Shown piece after piece: positions 53,687-64,000 of a DNA stretch of 64,000 nucleotides. The stretch lies in assembly GCA_012960035.1 (NCBI GenBank), contig DUBZ01000013.1, forward strand, positions 3,228 to 67,227, given 5' to 3'. This stretch comes from Myxococcales bacterium (GTDB taxonomy: Bacteria; Myxococcota_A; UBA9160; UBA4427). Under the pieces are notes generated by a model, which was not told the DNA's origin, searched no databases, and saw only the letters and a list, made by a program, of their open reading frames with translations. Numbering within the stretch: the stretch's first letter is position 1; each line of letters opens with the position of its first letter. The translations under genes were made by a program, and so were the position numbers.

Positions 53687-54280
53687 ATGGCCAACGCGAA
53701 CGAACGAGTGCGACAGACCTTTGCGGAGAGCATTCGGGTCAAACAGGCAACCGCAGAAGCTTGCAGTGACGAGATCGCTGCGGCAGCGGTGACCCTTGCC
53801 GAGTGCTTTCGAGCCGGGGGCAAACTGCTGATCTTCGGCAATGGCGGTTCGGCCGCGGATGCTCAGCATATCGCCAGCGAGTTTGTCGGACGCTACGTCC
53901 ACGACCGACCGGCGCTTCCCGCCATCGCACTCACGGCCAACAGTTCCGAATACACCGCGATCGGCAACGACTATGGCTTTGATCATGTCTTTGCGCGGGG
54001 GATCGAGGCCCACGGCCGCGCCGGCGATGTTGCGATCGCGGTTTCGACGTCGGGCAACAGTGGGAACCTTGTCGAAGCCATTCACGCCGCGAAGGACCAC
54101 GGGCTCACCACGATCGGCTTGCTTGGCAAAGGCGGCGGCAAGCTTCAGCTTCTTGTCGATCAGGCCATCATCGTGCCGAGTGAAGAAACACCGCGTATTC
54201 AGGAGACTCACATCACCATCGGGCACGTCTTGTGTGCGCTGGTCGAAGAGGCGTTGTTTCCCGAGATGTCGAACCGGTGA
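53687..54280 (+). CDS. gmhA: Sedoheptulose-7-phosphate isomerase
   Basis: GNGGSAADAQH, GNDYG, STSGNS, RIQETH. Confidence 0.95.
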   Translation: MANANERVRQTFAESIRVKQATAEACSDEIAAAAVTLAECFRAGGKLLIFGNGGSAADAQHIASEFVGRYVHDRPALPAIALTANSSEYTAIGNDYGFDHVFARGIEAHGRAGDVAIAVSTSGNSGNLVEAIHAAKDHGLTTIGLLGKGGGKLQLLVDQAIIVPSEETPRIQETHITIGHVLCALVEEALFPEMSNR

Positions 54281-55269
54281 CTGCCCGAAAGAAGCCGATC
54301 GATCGCTCCAAGGTGCATACCGTCCCCGCACGTCGCCGTCATAGCAAGGTGGCCGTTGCGCAGGAGGCCGTGCCTCACCAACCGGGTGGGTCGTTCAATG
54401 ATTTCGTCGCGAACTTGCCCGACGTACTCGGCGCGCGCGACTACCGCGAAGTTGTCGCCGCGTGGGAAAAGGCCTGGAGTGGAAATAAGACCGTTCTCTG
54501 GGGCCTTGGAGCACATCTCATCAAGGTGGGGCTCGCCCCGGTGGTGGTTGACCTGATGGAGCGCGGTGCGATCTCGGCGATCTTCATGAACGGTGCCGGG
54601 TGCGTACACGACCTCGAACTCGCCATGATGGGACGCACCAGCGAGGAAGTTGGGGCGGCGCTCGACGACGGCAGCTTTGGCATGGCGAAGGAAACAGGCG
54701 CAAGACTCAACGAAGCCATCAACGCGGGGGCGGCTGCCGGCTTGGGGATGGGCGAGGCGATCGGTCGCGCAATTGCCGACGGCAACGACCGACACAAAGA
54801 ACGTTCGGTGCTTGCGTGTGCCGCGCGACTCGGAATCCCCGCGACAGTCCATGTTGCGATCGGGAGCGATATCCATCACATGCATCCCAGCGCGGACGGC
54901 GCGTCACTCGGTGCGACGAGCTACCGGGACTTTGAAATTCTTGCGTCGGTGGTAGCCGGGCTCGACCGCGGGGTTGTGTTCAACGTCGGTTCGGCCGTGA
55001 TCTTGCCCGAAGTGTTCTTGAAGGCACTTTCGCTTGCGCGAAACCTCGGCAACCCCGTGCGTCGGATAACCGCGGTCAATCTCGATTTTATCCGCCACTA
55101 CAGGCCGCAAATGAACGTGGTCGATCGGCCGACGCGACTCGGTGGCAAAGGCTATTCGATCGTGGGGCAGCACGAACTGTTGGTGCCGCTACTTTCTGCT
55201 GGCGTCGTTGAAGCCCAGGCTGCACGAAAAACGAAGAAGGCACGCAAGCCCAAAGTGGGGGCAAAATAG
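54277..55269 (+). CDS. Conserved hypothetical protein, distant deoxyhypusine-synthase-like fold
   Basis: GAHLIKVG, MNGAGCVHD, PATVHVAIGSDI, GSAVILPEVFLKA. Confidence 0.65.
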   Translation: MTARKKPIDRSKVHTVPARRRHSKVAVAQEAVPHQPGGSFNDFVANLPDVLGARDYREVVAAWEKAWSGNKTVLWGLGAHLIKVGLAPVVVDLMERGAISAIFMNGAGCVHDLELAMMGRTSEEVGAALDDGSFGMAKETGARLNEAINAGAAAGLGMGEAIGRAIADGNDRHKERSVLACAARLGIPATVHVAIGSDIHHMHPSADGASLGATSYRDFEILASVVAGLDRGVVFNVGSAVILPEVFLKALSLARNLGNPVRRITAVNLDFIRHYRPQMNVVDRPTRLGGKGYSIVGQHELLVPLLSAGVVEAQAARKTKKARKPKVGAK

Positions 55270-55311
55270 TCGCAGCGCCGAATGGACTCGCACTGAATCA
55301 AGGGAAACTCT

Positions 55312-55863
55312 GTGGCCAGGATCACGTTGGTCGAAGGCGATATTTCTGAACAAGAGGTCGACGCGATTGTCAACGCGGCGAACAGCCACTTGATTCTGGG
55401 TGCGGGTGTTGCGGGTGTGATTCGAGAAAAAGGCGGCCCTACGATTCAGCAGCAGTGCGACGAAATTGGCCGAATTGAAGTTGGCGCGGCAGCGATCACC
55501 GATGCCGGTGAGTTGCCGGCCAAGCATGTCATCCATGCCGCGGGCATGGCGCCCGGCGGTGTTGCGGATGAGCAGAGCGTGCGGAAGTCGCTTCGCGCGT
55601 CACTCGAAATTGCGGCCCGCGAAAACCTCACGACCATCGCGATCCCGGCCATCGGAACCGGGGTCGGAGGCTTATCGTTGCAGCGCTGCGCTGAGGTGTC
55701 TCTAGAAGAGGCCAGGGCCTACACGGGCGATGGGACGAGTCTCGAAGAGATTCGCTTTGTTTTGTACGGCGAACCCGCTTTTAGGCTCTTCGAAATGGTG
55801 AACGACGCCGCAAAGGTCGCCGCGCAGATGGAACGACTCGCGAAGATGCGAGAACGGGACTGA
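55312..55863 (+). CDS. Macro domain protein
   Basis: GDI, DAIVNAAN, GAGVAG, VIHA, PAIGTGVGG. Confidence 0.92.
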   Translation: MARITLVEGDISEQEVDAIVNAANSHLILGAGVAGVIREKGGPTIQQQCDEIGRIEVGAAAITDAGELPAKHVIHAAGMAPGGVADEQSVRKSLRASLEIAARENLTTIAIPAIGTGVGGLSLQRCAEVSLEEARAYTGDGTSLEEIRFVLYGEPAFRLFEMVNDAAKVAAQMERLAKMRERD

Positions 55864-55988
55864 CGCGCCCTTGCGCGGCGCTTCCGGCGCCGCGGTCCTA
55901 TACTGCGCTCGGGTAAATCCCTAGGCCCCCTTTGCAAGCCGCAACGGTGCGGGTCCACAACTTCAAGACATTTTTACGGAGCACTTCG

Positions 55989-56771
55989 TTGGCCCTGTTC
56001 CTCCAACTCGCAGCTGCGATCTATCTCGCGTCAGGCATCGTCGCATTGGTCGGCGTGGTCCTCCCCGCGCCGAAACTGATCCGTGGGGGCGTGTGGGGGT
56101 TGATCCTCGGTGGGGTCTTGCAGGCAATCGCATTTGCGACCCTTCACCGGGCGGAGGCGTCCGCCATTACATCACTCCCGGTGGTTCTTTCTTCTAGCGC
56201 ATGGATGACCGTCGTATTCGCGATACTGCTCACGTGGCGCGTTCGCCTTCCGGGGATCGCGGCCATTATCGGTCCGCTGGCGTTTCTTTCCGTGGTCGTC
56301 GCTTCTGCGGGTTGGCAGACGACCGACGCGGCGAACGCAACCGGAACCTGGCCGCACATGCATGTGCTGCTCGCGAGCGCGGGTCTTGCACTGTTTGGAA
56401 TATCGGGGTTGGCGGGGCTGTTCTTTCTACTCGAGCATCGAAGACTCAAAGCCAAACGACCCATGGCCACCAGGATTTCGCTTCCATCCCTCGAAGCCCT
56501 AGACCGAGTCAACGTGGTGACGACCGCAGTTGGTTTTGTGCTGCTGACCCTCGGCATTATGACGGGTGTCGTGTGGCTGCAAAAAAGCGAGGGCGTGGTT
56601 TGGATGGGGACAAGCCACGAAGCCTGGATGGTCGTTTCGTGGATTTTGTACGCGGGACTCGTGCTTGCGCGGTATGCGGGTAGGCAAGGTGCACGTCAAG
56701 CCGCGGCGAGCGCACTCGCGGGTTTTGCGTTCTTGTTGGTCGGAGTCGTTGTCGTTGGGGTGATGGCGTGA
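55989..56771 (+). CDS. Cytochrome c assembly family protein (CcsA/HemX-like)
   Basis: Multi-TM, MHV, LPSLEALD, LTLGIMTG..W; overlaps hemA start. Confidence 0.8.
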   Translation: MALFLQLAAAIYLASGIVALVGVVLPAPKLIRGGVWGLILGGVLQAIAFATLHRAEASAITSLPVVLSSSAWMTVVFAILLTWRVRLPGIAAIIGPLAFLSVVVASAGWQTTDAANATGTWPHMHVLLASAGLALFGISGLAGLFFLLEHRRLKAKRPMATRISLPSLEALDRVNVVTTAVGFVLLTLGIMTGVVWLQKSEGVVWMGTSHEAWMVVSWILYAGLVLARYAGRQGARQAAASALAGFAFLLVGVVVVGVMA

Positions 56772-58159
56772 AGATCCTTTTGATCGGCATGAACCATCGC
56801 ACGGCACCGCTGGACTTACGCGAACGGTACGCCGCACAAGATCCGGGCCCGGCGCTGCGCAAACTGATTGCCGCTGAAGAAATTGAAGAAGCCGTGCTGG
56901 TGTCGACGTGCAATCGCGTCGATCTCGTCGTGACAACCCACCGTGTGGACGCCGCCGTCCTACGACTGCATCGCTTCTTCCGAACGGACCTTGGTAACGG
57001 CGACGACGTAGGGATGCCCCGAATTGAAGAGATCACGTATGAGCACCGCTGCGGTGATGCCGTGCGGCATGTGTTCCGGGTGGCGTCGTCACTCGATTCG
57101 ATGGTGGTCGGTGAGCCGCAGATCCTCGGGCAAATGAAGGTTGCCTACCGCCTCGCAGTGGAACACGAAACCTGCGGTCCGGTCCTTGCGCGCTTGTTTC
57201 AGCGTGCGTTTGCTACCGCGAAGCGCGTGAAGAACGAAACGCGCATTGCACAGCGACCGGTTTCCGTTGCCCGGGTCGCGGTAGACATCGCACGTCAAAT
57301 TTTTGAAGACTTGCACGACAAACGAGCACTCTTGCTCGGTGCTGGGGAAATGATTGAACTCTCCCTTTTTGCGTTGCATCGAGAAGGCTTGCGCGATGTC
57401 GCGGTAGTGAACCGGACAGTCGCCAACGCGGAGACTCTTGCCGCGCGCTTTGATGCAACGCCTCATCCCCTGAGCGATCTTTCGCAGCTTCTCTCCGGCG
57501 CAGACGTTGTATTGGCCTGCGTTGGCGGTGAGCAACCTATTCTCAGCTACTCGCTTGTAAAGAAAGCACTCAACTCGCGTCGTAGTCGTCCCGTGTTTTT
57601 TATCGACATGGGTGTACCGCGTAACGTCGCGCCCCGGGTCGAAACCCTCGACAACGCCTACGTCTATGACATGGACGATCTTCAGTCCGTGGCCGACGCG
57701 AACTCAAACGAACGACGACGCGAATCCGATTTTGGTGAAGGGATTGTAAGCGAGGAGCAACTGCAGTTCGAAAACTGGTTGAACGCATTGGAGGCGGTTC
57801 CGACGATTCGGCATCTGCGCGCACGCGCCGAAGCGATTCGCGAAAGAGAACTCGATCGCATGGCGGGTCGATTGGCCCTCGACTCCGATCAGCGCGAAGG
57901 CGTCGCCGCCATCACCCGAGCGATCGTGAACAAGCTCCTGCATGCGCCCGTCGCACACTTGAGAAACGAAATCGACGGCGAAGCCCGAACCGAATCGCTC
58001 GACTTAGCGCGGACGATGTTCGCCCTCGACGACGATGCGGCGCCGGGCGCCGAAGCCGACGCCGCTCTGCGCGAAGAAATGGAGCGCGTGCGCTTGGCAG
58101 ATTCGGTTGCGGACGACGACGCACTTTCGAACCAATGCGACGAAGAGGACGAACGATGA
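56768..58159 (+). CDS. hemA: Glutamyl-tRNA reductase
   Basis: NHRTAP, STCNR, SLDSMVVGEPQILGQ, GAGEM. Confidence 0.96.
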   Translation: MKILLIGMNHRTAPLDLRERYAAQDPGPALRKLIAAEEIEEAVLVSTCNRVDLVVTTHRVDAAVLRLHRFFRTDLGNGDDVGMPRIEEITYEHRCGDAVRHVFRVASSLDSMVVGEPQILGQMKVAYRLAVEHETCGPVLARLFQRAFATAKRVKNETRIAQRPVSVARVAVDIARQIFEDLHDKRALLLGAGEMIELSLFALHREGLRDVAVVNRTVANAETLAARFDATPHPLSDLSQLLSGADVVLACVGGEQPILSYSLVKKALNSRRSRPVFFIDMGVPRNVAPRVETLDNAYVYDMDDLQSVADANSNERRRESDFGEGIVSEEQLQFENWLNALEAVPTIRHLRARAEAIRERELDRMAGRLALDSDQREGVAAITRAIVNKLLHAPVAHLRNEIDGEARTESLDLARTMFALDDDAAPGAEADAALREEMERVRLADSVADDDALSNQCDEEDER

Positions 58160-59082
58160 GCCTGATCCGCATTGCAACTCGGGGAAGTGATCTCGCCCTC
58201 GCCCAGGCGCGCTACATCGCCGGAAGAATCGAAGGCGAACTCGGCCACGAAACTGAGCTGGTCATTTTGAAGACCAAGGGAGACAAGATTCTCGACATGC
58301 CTCTCGCCGAAATTGGCGGTAAAGGGCTCTTCGTAAAAGAGATCGAGGACGCGCTTCTCGACGGACGCGCCGACGTCGCAGTTCACAGCGCAAAGGATCT
58401 GCCGGCCAAACTCGAACCGGGGCTCGTGCTTACCGCGTTTCCCGAGCGTGTCGATGCAAGAGACGCGCTCGTGGCGCACGACAAGTCGATGACGATCGAG
58501 TCGCTACCCCAGAAAGCGCGGGTTGGAACCGGGAGCACCCGGCGCACAGCACTGCTCCTGGCGGCGCGCCCCGACCTCGAGATCATTCCGTTGCGCGGAA
58601 ACGTCCCAACCCGCATCGGCAAGATCGATAGCGATGGGCTCGACGCCGTCGTCCTCGCTTGCGCGGGTCTCGAGCGACTCGGCCTCGATGACCGGATCAG
58701 CGAACGCATTGCAAAGGAAGTTATGCTTCCCGCAGTTTGCCAAGGCACGCTCGCACTTGAAACAAGAGAAGGCGACGACGCGACGCCCGAAATCGCAAAG
58801 TTGAACGATCCTGTTGTCGCGCTGACGGTTGCGGGTGAGCGCGGATTTTTGGCCCGCATCGAGGGGGACTGCACGGTCCCGATGGCGGTCCATCTGATCG
58901 AACAAGATGATGGCAAAATCTGGCTACGGGGGTTGGTGGCGAGCCTCGATGGCACGAGGATCGTGCGGGCGGAACTGACCACCGACGCCTCGGAAGCCCA
59001 GGCAGCGGGCGAGCGCCTTGCCGAAGAAATACTGAATCGCGGTGGAGCGGAAATTCTGCGCAGCTTGCAGGGCAGCAGGTAG
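58156..59082 (+). CDS. hemC: Hydroxymethylbilane synthase
   Basis: TRGSDLALAQ, GKGLFVKE, VHSAKD, RGNV, EGDC. Confidence 0.96.
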   Translation: MSLIRIATRGSDLALAQARYIAGRIEGELGHETELVILKTKGDKILDMPLAEIGGKGLFVKEIEDALLDGRADVAVHSAKDLPAKLEPGLVLTAFPERVDARDALVAHDKSMTIESLPQKARVGTGSTRRTALLLAARPDLEIIPLRGNVPTRIGKIDSDGLDAVVLACAGLERLGLDDRISERIAKEVMLPAVCQGTLALETREGDDATPEIAKLNDPVVALTVAGERGFLARIEGDCTVPMAVHLIEQDDGKIWLRGLVASLDGTRIVRAELTTDASEAQAAGERLAEEILNRGGAEILRSLQGSR

Positions 59083-59087
59083 CCCTG

Positions 59088-60671
59088 ATGGCGAGTGAGC
59101 CCAAGTCATCAACGTCCAAGTCCCAAACGATGGGACGCGCCATTCTTGTCGGCGCCGGCCCGGGCGATCCTGACTTGATTACGTTGCGCGGTGCGTCCGC
59201 GCTTGGCCGAGCAGACGTCGTGCTATTCGACGAACTCGCGACAGATGAGTTGCTTCACCTTGCACCGGAACGGGCAGAAAAAATCAACGTCGGCAAGCGC
59301 GGACACGATGCGCCGACGCGAAGCCAGGAAGACATCAACGCCTTAATCGTGGAGCGGGCCAAAGCGGGACAAACCGTTGTGCGTCTCAAGGGTGGCGACC
59401 CTTTTGTCTTCGGGCGCGGCGGTGAAGAGGCCTGTTTCTGTGCCGAGAATGATGTTCCCTTCGAAGTGATCCCGGGTGTGAGCTCAATGGTTGGAGCGCT
59501 CGCGTACGCGGGCATCCCCGTGACGGACCGTCGATACGCAGCGTCGTTCGCAGTGGTGACGGGCCACAAAGATCCAACGCTCCCGGCGGAACAAACCCGT
59601 TGGCGAGAACTCGGCAGTGCGGTCGATACCCTCGTTATCCTCATGGGGATGAAGAAGCTCGACGAACTCGTTGCGAAGATCATTGAAGGCGGCCGTGCGC
59701 CGACGACACCCTCCGCTGCGGTCATGAACGGAACCTTGGCAAAGCAGCGGGTCGTCGAAGCGCCGCTCTCGGAACTGTCCGCTAGAGTCGTCGAAGCGGG
59801 TTTGAAATCGCCCGCGGTTGTTGTCATTGGTGACGTTGTGAAACTGCGTGATCAACTGGCGTGGTGGGAACGCTTGCCCATGTTCGGAAAGAGAGTGCTT
59901 GTAACACGGACCGGTGCCCAGGCCGGTGAAATGGCGAGCGCTCTACGCGCAGGTGGCGCTGAGCCCGTGCTGCTTCCGATGATTGACCTCGTCGCCTCCG
60001 ACAAGCTGGGTCCACTCGACACAGCCCTCGCCCAACTCGAAAGTTACGACGGCCTGCTTTTTACGAGCGCAAATGCCGTCCGGTTCTTCGCCGCGCGAGC
60101 GAGAGGGCAGGGTGTTGCGGGCGGGTTTTCGAAGCTCAATTCTCGCGTGCTCTGCGTGGGGCCCCAGTCGGCGCGGGCCGCACTTGAAGAAGGCTTGCCG
60201 GTTCACCTGACGGGATCGGGGCGCGGAGACTCAGAGTCGTTCCTTCGCGAGCTCATCGACATTCTTCCGCCAAAGGGGCGGCGCTTTCTGCTGCCCCGGT
60301 CCGACATTGGTCGCGACGTTGTGCCTGACGGACTGCGCGCTGCCGGCGCGGAAGTTGATGCCGTGGAGGCGTATCGCAATGTGCCCGCCCCCGTTGACGT
60401 CGCGGCCCTGCGTGATGACTTGCTCGCCGGAAGGCTCGACGTGTTGACGTTTGCGAGCCCGTCGTCGGTCGACAACTTCTTTGCGCTGCTTGACCCAGAA
60501 GCGAAAGCCGCGGCCGAGGGGCTCGTGATTGCGGCCGTGGGTAGAACGACCAGCCGTGCTCTCGTACGCGTGGGCGTAACCCCCGACGTGGTGCCCGATC
60601 GCCCGGGCGGCCCCGAGTTGGTTGCGGCGCTCGCCGACCATATGGCCCAAACTCAAGAACGTGGAGAATAG
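59088..60671 (+). CDS. cobA: Fused uroporphyrinogen-III C-methyltransferase / synthase (CobA-HemD)
   Basis: GAGPGDPDL, RLKGGDPFVFGRGGEE; C-terminal VLVTR, FTSANAV, FASPSS. Confidence 0.93.
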   Translation: MASEPKSSTSKSQTMGRAILVGAGPGDPDLITLRGASALGRADVVLFDELATDELLHLAPERAEKINVGKRGHDAPTRSQEDINALIVERAKAGQTVVRLKGGDPFVFGRGGEEACFCAENDVPFEVIPGVSSMVGALAYAGIPVTDRRYAASFAVVTGHKDPTLPAEQTRWRELGSAVDTLVILMGMKKLDELVAKIIEGGRAPTTPSAAVMNGTLAKQRVVEAPLSELSARVVEAGLKSPAVVVIGDVVKLRDQLAWWERLPMFGKRVLVTRTGAQAGEMASALRAGGAEPVLLPMIDLVASDKLGPLDTALAQLESYDGLLFTSANAVRFFAARARGQGVAGGFSKLNSRVLCVGPQSARAALEEGLPVHLTGSGRGDSESFLRELIDILPPKGRRFLLPRSDIGRDVVPDGLRAAGAEVDAVEAYRNVPAPVDVAALRDDLLAGRLDVLTFASPSSVDNFFALLDPEAKAAAEGLVIAAVGRTTSRALVRVGVTPDVVPDRPGGPELVAALADHMAQTQERGE

Positions 60672-60674
60672 GAA

Positions 60675-61649
<975 letters not shown>

Positions 61650-61704
61650 TCGGAGTTGCAATTTCTTGCGCGCGCAGAGCGCCTCGAACCGATCGGGAGT
61701 TTGC

Positions 61705-61887
61705 GTGGCTGTTAGGTACAAAATCGTTGAGTTGAGCATGGTGTCCGCAGAAGACATCGAAAACGCGCTGAATGAATGGACCGCCCTTGGCTGGACCTTC
61801 GAGAACACGCAGTTCGCAATGCGCGACTCATCGAAGCGACCCGCGATGGCGTTCATCACGTTTTCTAGAAACGACGAAAACGAATAA
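61705..61887 (+). CDS. Small DUF4177-like protein
   Basis: RYKIVEL..IENALNEW..GW pattern. Confidence 0.6.
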   Translation: MAVRYKIVELSMVSAEDIENALNEWTALGWTFENTQFAMRDSSKRPAMAFITFSRNDENE

Positions 61888-61911
61888 GCTGCCGGGACGA
61901 GTCGCGACCGA

Positions 61912-63288
61912 CTACTCCTCATCTTCGTAGTCGTATTCGTCCTCATACTCGTCTTCGCCTTCGGCGTCACCACCTCCAAACAAGGCGGGGCTCTTGTTGA
62001 GACACGACCATTCGGGCTCTTCTTCTTCGAACTCTTCTTCCTCTTCTTCGTCGAAGTAGTAGTTCCCGCTATACGAGCACTGGGTCCAAAGGCTTGCGTC
62101 GAACTCGAGAATGAAGCTGCTCCCGTATTCGTTGTATCGGTACTTCATTTCGTCGGCGAGGCCGATGAGTTCGAAAAACTGGAAGCCCACCCGGGGCTTC
62201 GGCATTTCGTCGAGGTACCCCGTTTCGACGAGTCCGTTGAGCGTCTCCGGATAAAACTCTTCGACCTTGATATGGTTTTGAAGCGCTTCGATGACCAGGG
62301 GCGCGCGCACGTTGCGATTGCTCGCGTAGTCCCCTGTAGCGAGGGCCTGGCCCGCAAAGATCGGAACGAAGGTCAGTGCCGCTCCGAGCCCCATCTTGTA
62401 TCCGCGCTGAAGCAAGTTGTTTTCGCGAGAGCCTGCGCCGGGTCGACTGACGCTGACGCCGATAAGCGCCATGGCGACCAAGGCCGGAATCAAACCGGTT
62501 TCGATCGGAAGTTCAGTCCCCGCGCAGGCGATCCAGCCGATCGGGATCGCAAACGCGGTCAACATTCCAGCGCCCGCTGCCCCGCTCATCTTTCCGCTCG
62601 CGAGGGATACGAGGCCAGTTGCGACCGCGAACAGCACAACGCTCACCAGCAATGCCAAAGTCACGAGGCCGTACGTGGTAAAGATCGGCCACGGAGACAC
62701 CATGAAGGCCATGTGCTCACTGGTTCCCGTGGCACCTCGAACCGCGGCCATCAAGCCGAAGAATATCGGGAAGTAGATCGCGATGCGCGCTGGCGATGAA
62801 AAGCGCAGCCAGCGTTCAACGAGTAGTGGGGCCATGCACGCGGCCGCGACCGCGCAACCGATACTGGTCATCACTACGGTGAATCGCCAGCTGAACAAAA
62901 CCCAAGGGCCTGCTCCCGCAAAGCCGCCGAGTGCAAACAGCACGGAGGTCAAACCGAACCCGAGCGAAAGGGTGCGCGCGATGGCCGAGCGTGTGGTGAG
63001 CACGGTCGTAATAAATAGAAGGACCGCCGGGATTCCGAACAGCAGCGCGCCGCTAACCGGGTCGTCGACGAAACCGCCCATCGTCTCATAGTCGAGGATG
63101 TATGTACGACCATGCCACCAATCGGTGGGCATTCCGTCGGGTGGCGGAGCGAACCCGTAGTACCCGTAAGCCGAAAATGCGAAGTTGAGTGCAACGCTCA
63201 ACCAACCCACTGGTGTGTGGACGGGGCGCGAGTCTGTCGTCGATGATTTTTGTTGTGCCGGTCCCATTCGCGGATCGTGCCCCATCAT
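61912..63288 (-). CDS. Hypothetical multi-pass membrane protein with acidic C-terminal tail
   Basis: About ten hydrophobic segments, soluble C-terminal domain, E/D-rich end; start uncertain. Confidence 0.7.
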   Translation of the reverse strand: MMGHDPRMGPAQQKSSTTDSRPVHTPVGWLSVALNFAFSAYGYYGFAPPPDGMPTDWWHGRTYILDYETMGGFVDDPVSGALLFGIPAVLLFITTVLTTRSAIARTLSLGFGLTSVLFALGGFAGAGPWVLFSWRFTVVMTSIGCAVAAACMAPLLVERWLRFSSPARIAIYFPIFFGLMAAVRGATGTSEHMAFMVSPWPIFTTYGLVTLALLVSVVLFAVATGLVSLASGKMSGAAGAGMLTAFAIPIGWIACAGTELPIETGLIPALVAMALIGVSVSRPGAGSRENNLLQRGYKMGLGAALTFVPIFAGQALATGDYASNRNVRAPLVIEALQNHIKVEEFYPETLNGLVETGYLDEMPKPRVGFQFFELIGLADEMKYRYNEYGSSFILEFDASLWTQCSYSGNYYFDEEEEEEFEEEEPEWSCLNKSPALFGGGDAEGEDEYEDEYDYEDEE

Positions 63289-63786
63289 TGTGGCCTTCGC
63301 TGCAGGCGCGGCGGTGTGAACGGTGAATGCGCAAGCGCAGGACGGACGATCGCTTGCCCGAAACATCGCTTGGGTGTGCAGTGATCGTCTTCGATTCGCG
63401 CCGGTGGATCCGGCTCTAAGTTCCGGGCAGCGAGGGGATCCAAAGGCCGCTCGACGGTGGGTAGGCGAGATCACGTGCGGACCGAGAACTGTCCGGCCAG
63501 ATCCCACACGTCTGATCGGCCCAGACGTGATAAGGATAAAAATCTTTTCATTTCAGAGAGTTGAGTGAGACGTGTGTTTTTGGGACTCGACCCACATCAA
63601 AGGTTTGCGTGTCCCTCGGGGGTATCGTAACTTAGTGGTCACCCCCCGGGCACCCGTGTGGAGACCGACTTTTCCCACAGGGACTCTTGGGTTCGCTGGG
63701 GCGCGCAGGGCAAAGCACATCGCACACGTACCTGGAAGGTCTGTGACCTCAGTTTCAGACAGACATGAAATGGTGGGAGCCTAAGA

Positions 63787-64000
63787 ATGATTGAATCAAT
63801 TTTGGTCGCGTCGGATGGGTCGGAATGCGCGATCGCCGCAGAGATTTGTGCAATCGCCCTGGCGTCAAAACTTGGCGCGTCGCTATCGGGTATCACTGTC
63901 GTTGAAGATCACTTGGTGCGCGCACCGAGCAGCGAGGGTTTGAACTTGCCCCCGTTTCCAGAAGCAGAAGCTTCTGCCTATTACCGGGCTCGCGGCGACG
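63787..64000 (+). CDS. Universal stress protein, 3'-truncated by window edge
   Basis: MIESILVASDGSECAIAA..LASKLGASLSGITVVED; GGGAG RBS. Confidence 0.8.
   Translation, partial: MIESILVASDGSECAIAAEICAIALASKLGASLSGITVVEDHLVRAPSSEGLNLPPFPEAEASAYYRARGD

Noticed and set aside
63695-63780. GGGCAAA motif as a c-di-GMP-I riboswitch
   Set aside because: Expected P2 stem with GNRA loop and second GCAAA element not found

Overview
GC-rich bacterial chromosome segment; the Dif-type chemosensory cluster and the ccsA-hemA-hemC-cobA/hemD-hemB block point to Myxococcota or related former Deltaproteobacteria (inference). Bases 1-11.2 kb are accessory: SDR, NhaD/ArsB-type transporter with a USP-like partner, metallophosphoesterase, HsaA-like monooxygenase, cupin, beta-barrel OMP, internally deleted DUF1295 gene, P450, SCP-x-type thiolase and LLM oxidoreductase, followed by tRNA-Phe. 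The rest is mostly core: cyclophilin, ggt, M16 peptidase, hemW-hrcA-grpE-dnaK-dnaJ, LpoA-like lipoprotein, lon, thiL, Dif-like MCP-cheW-cheY-cheA-cheC, larBC, groESL with a CIRCE, lexA, two PTPS genes with folE, ppiD, mreBCD-mrdA-rodA, argD, trxA, gmhA and heme genes. Strongest signal: cheA is split at an A10 run flanked by SD-like motifs and a predicted three-way RNA junction, consistent with programmed -1 frameshifting or slippage giving a free Hpt protein plus full-length kinase; a homopolymer sequencing error is not excluded. Also notable: an Arg-rich leader peptide with alternative hairpins upstream of argD, paired TTCG-N7-TTCG boxes at the lexA promoter, and a 13-bp tandem array before the thiolase. 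All family calls come from motif recognition by eye, not database searches.
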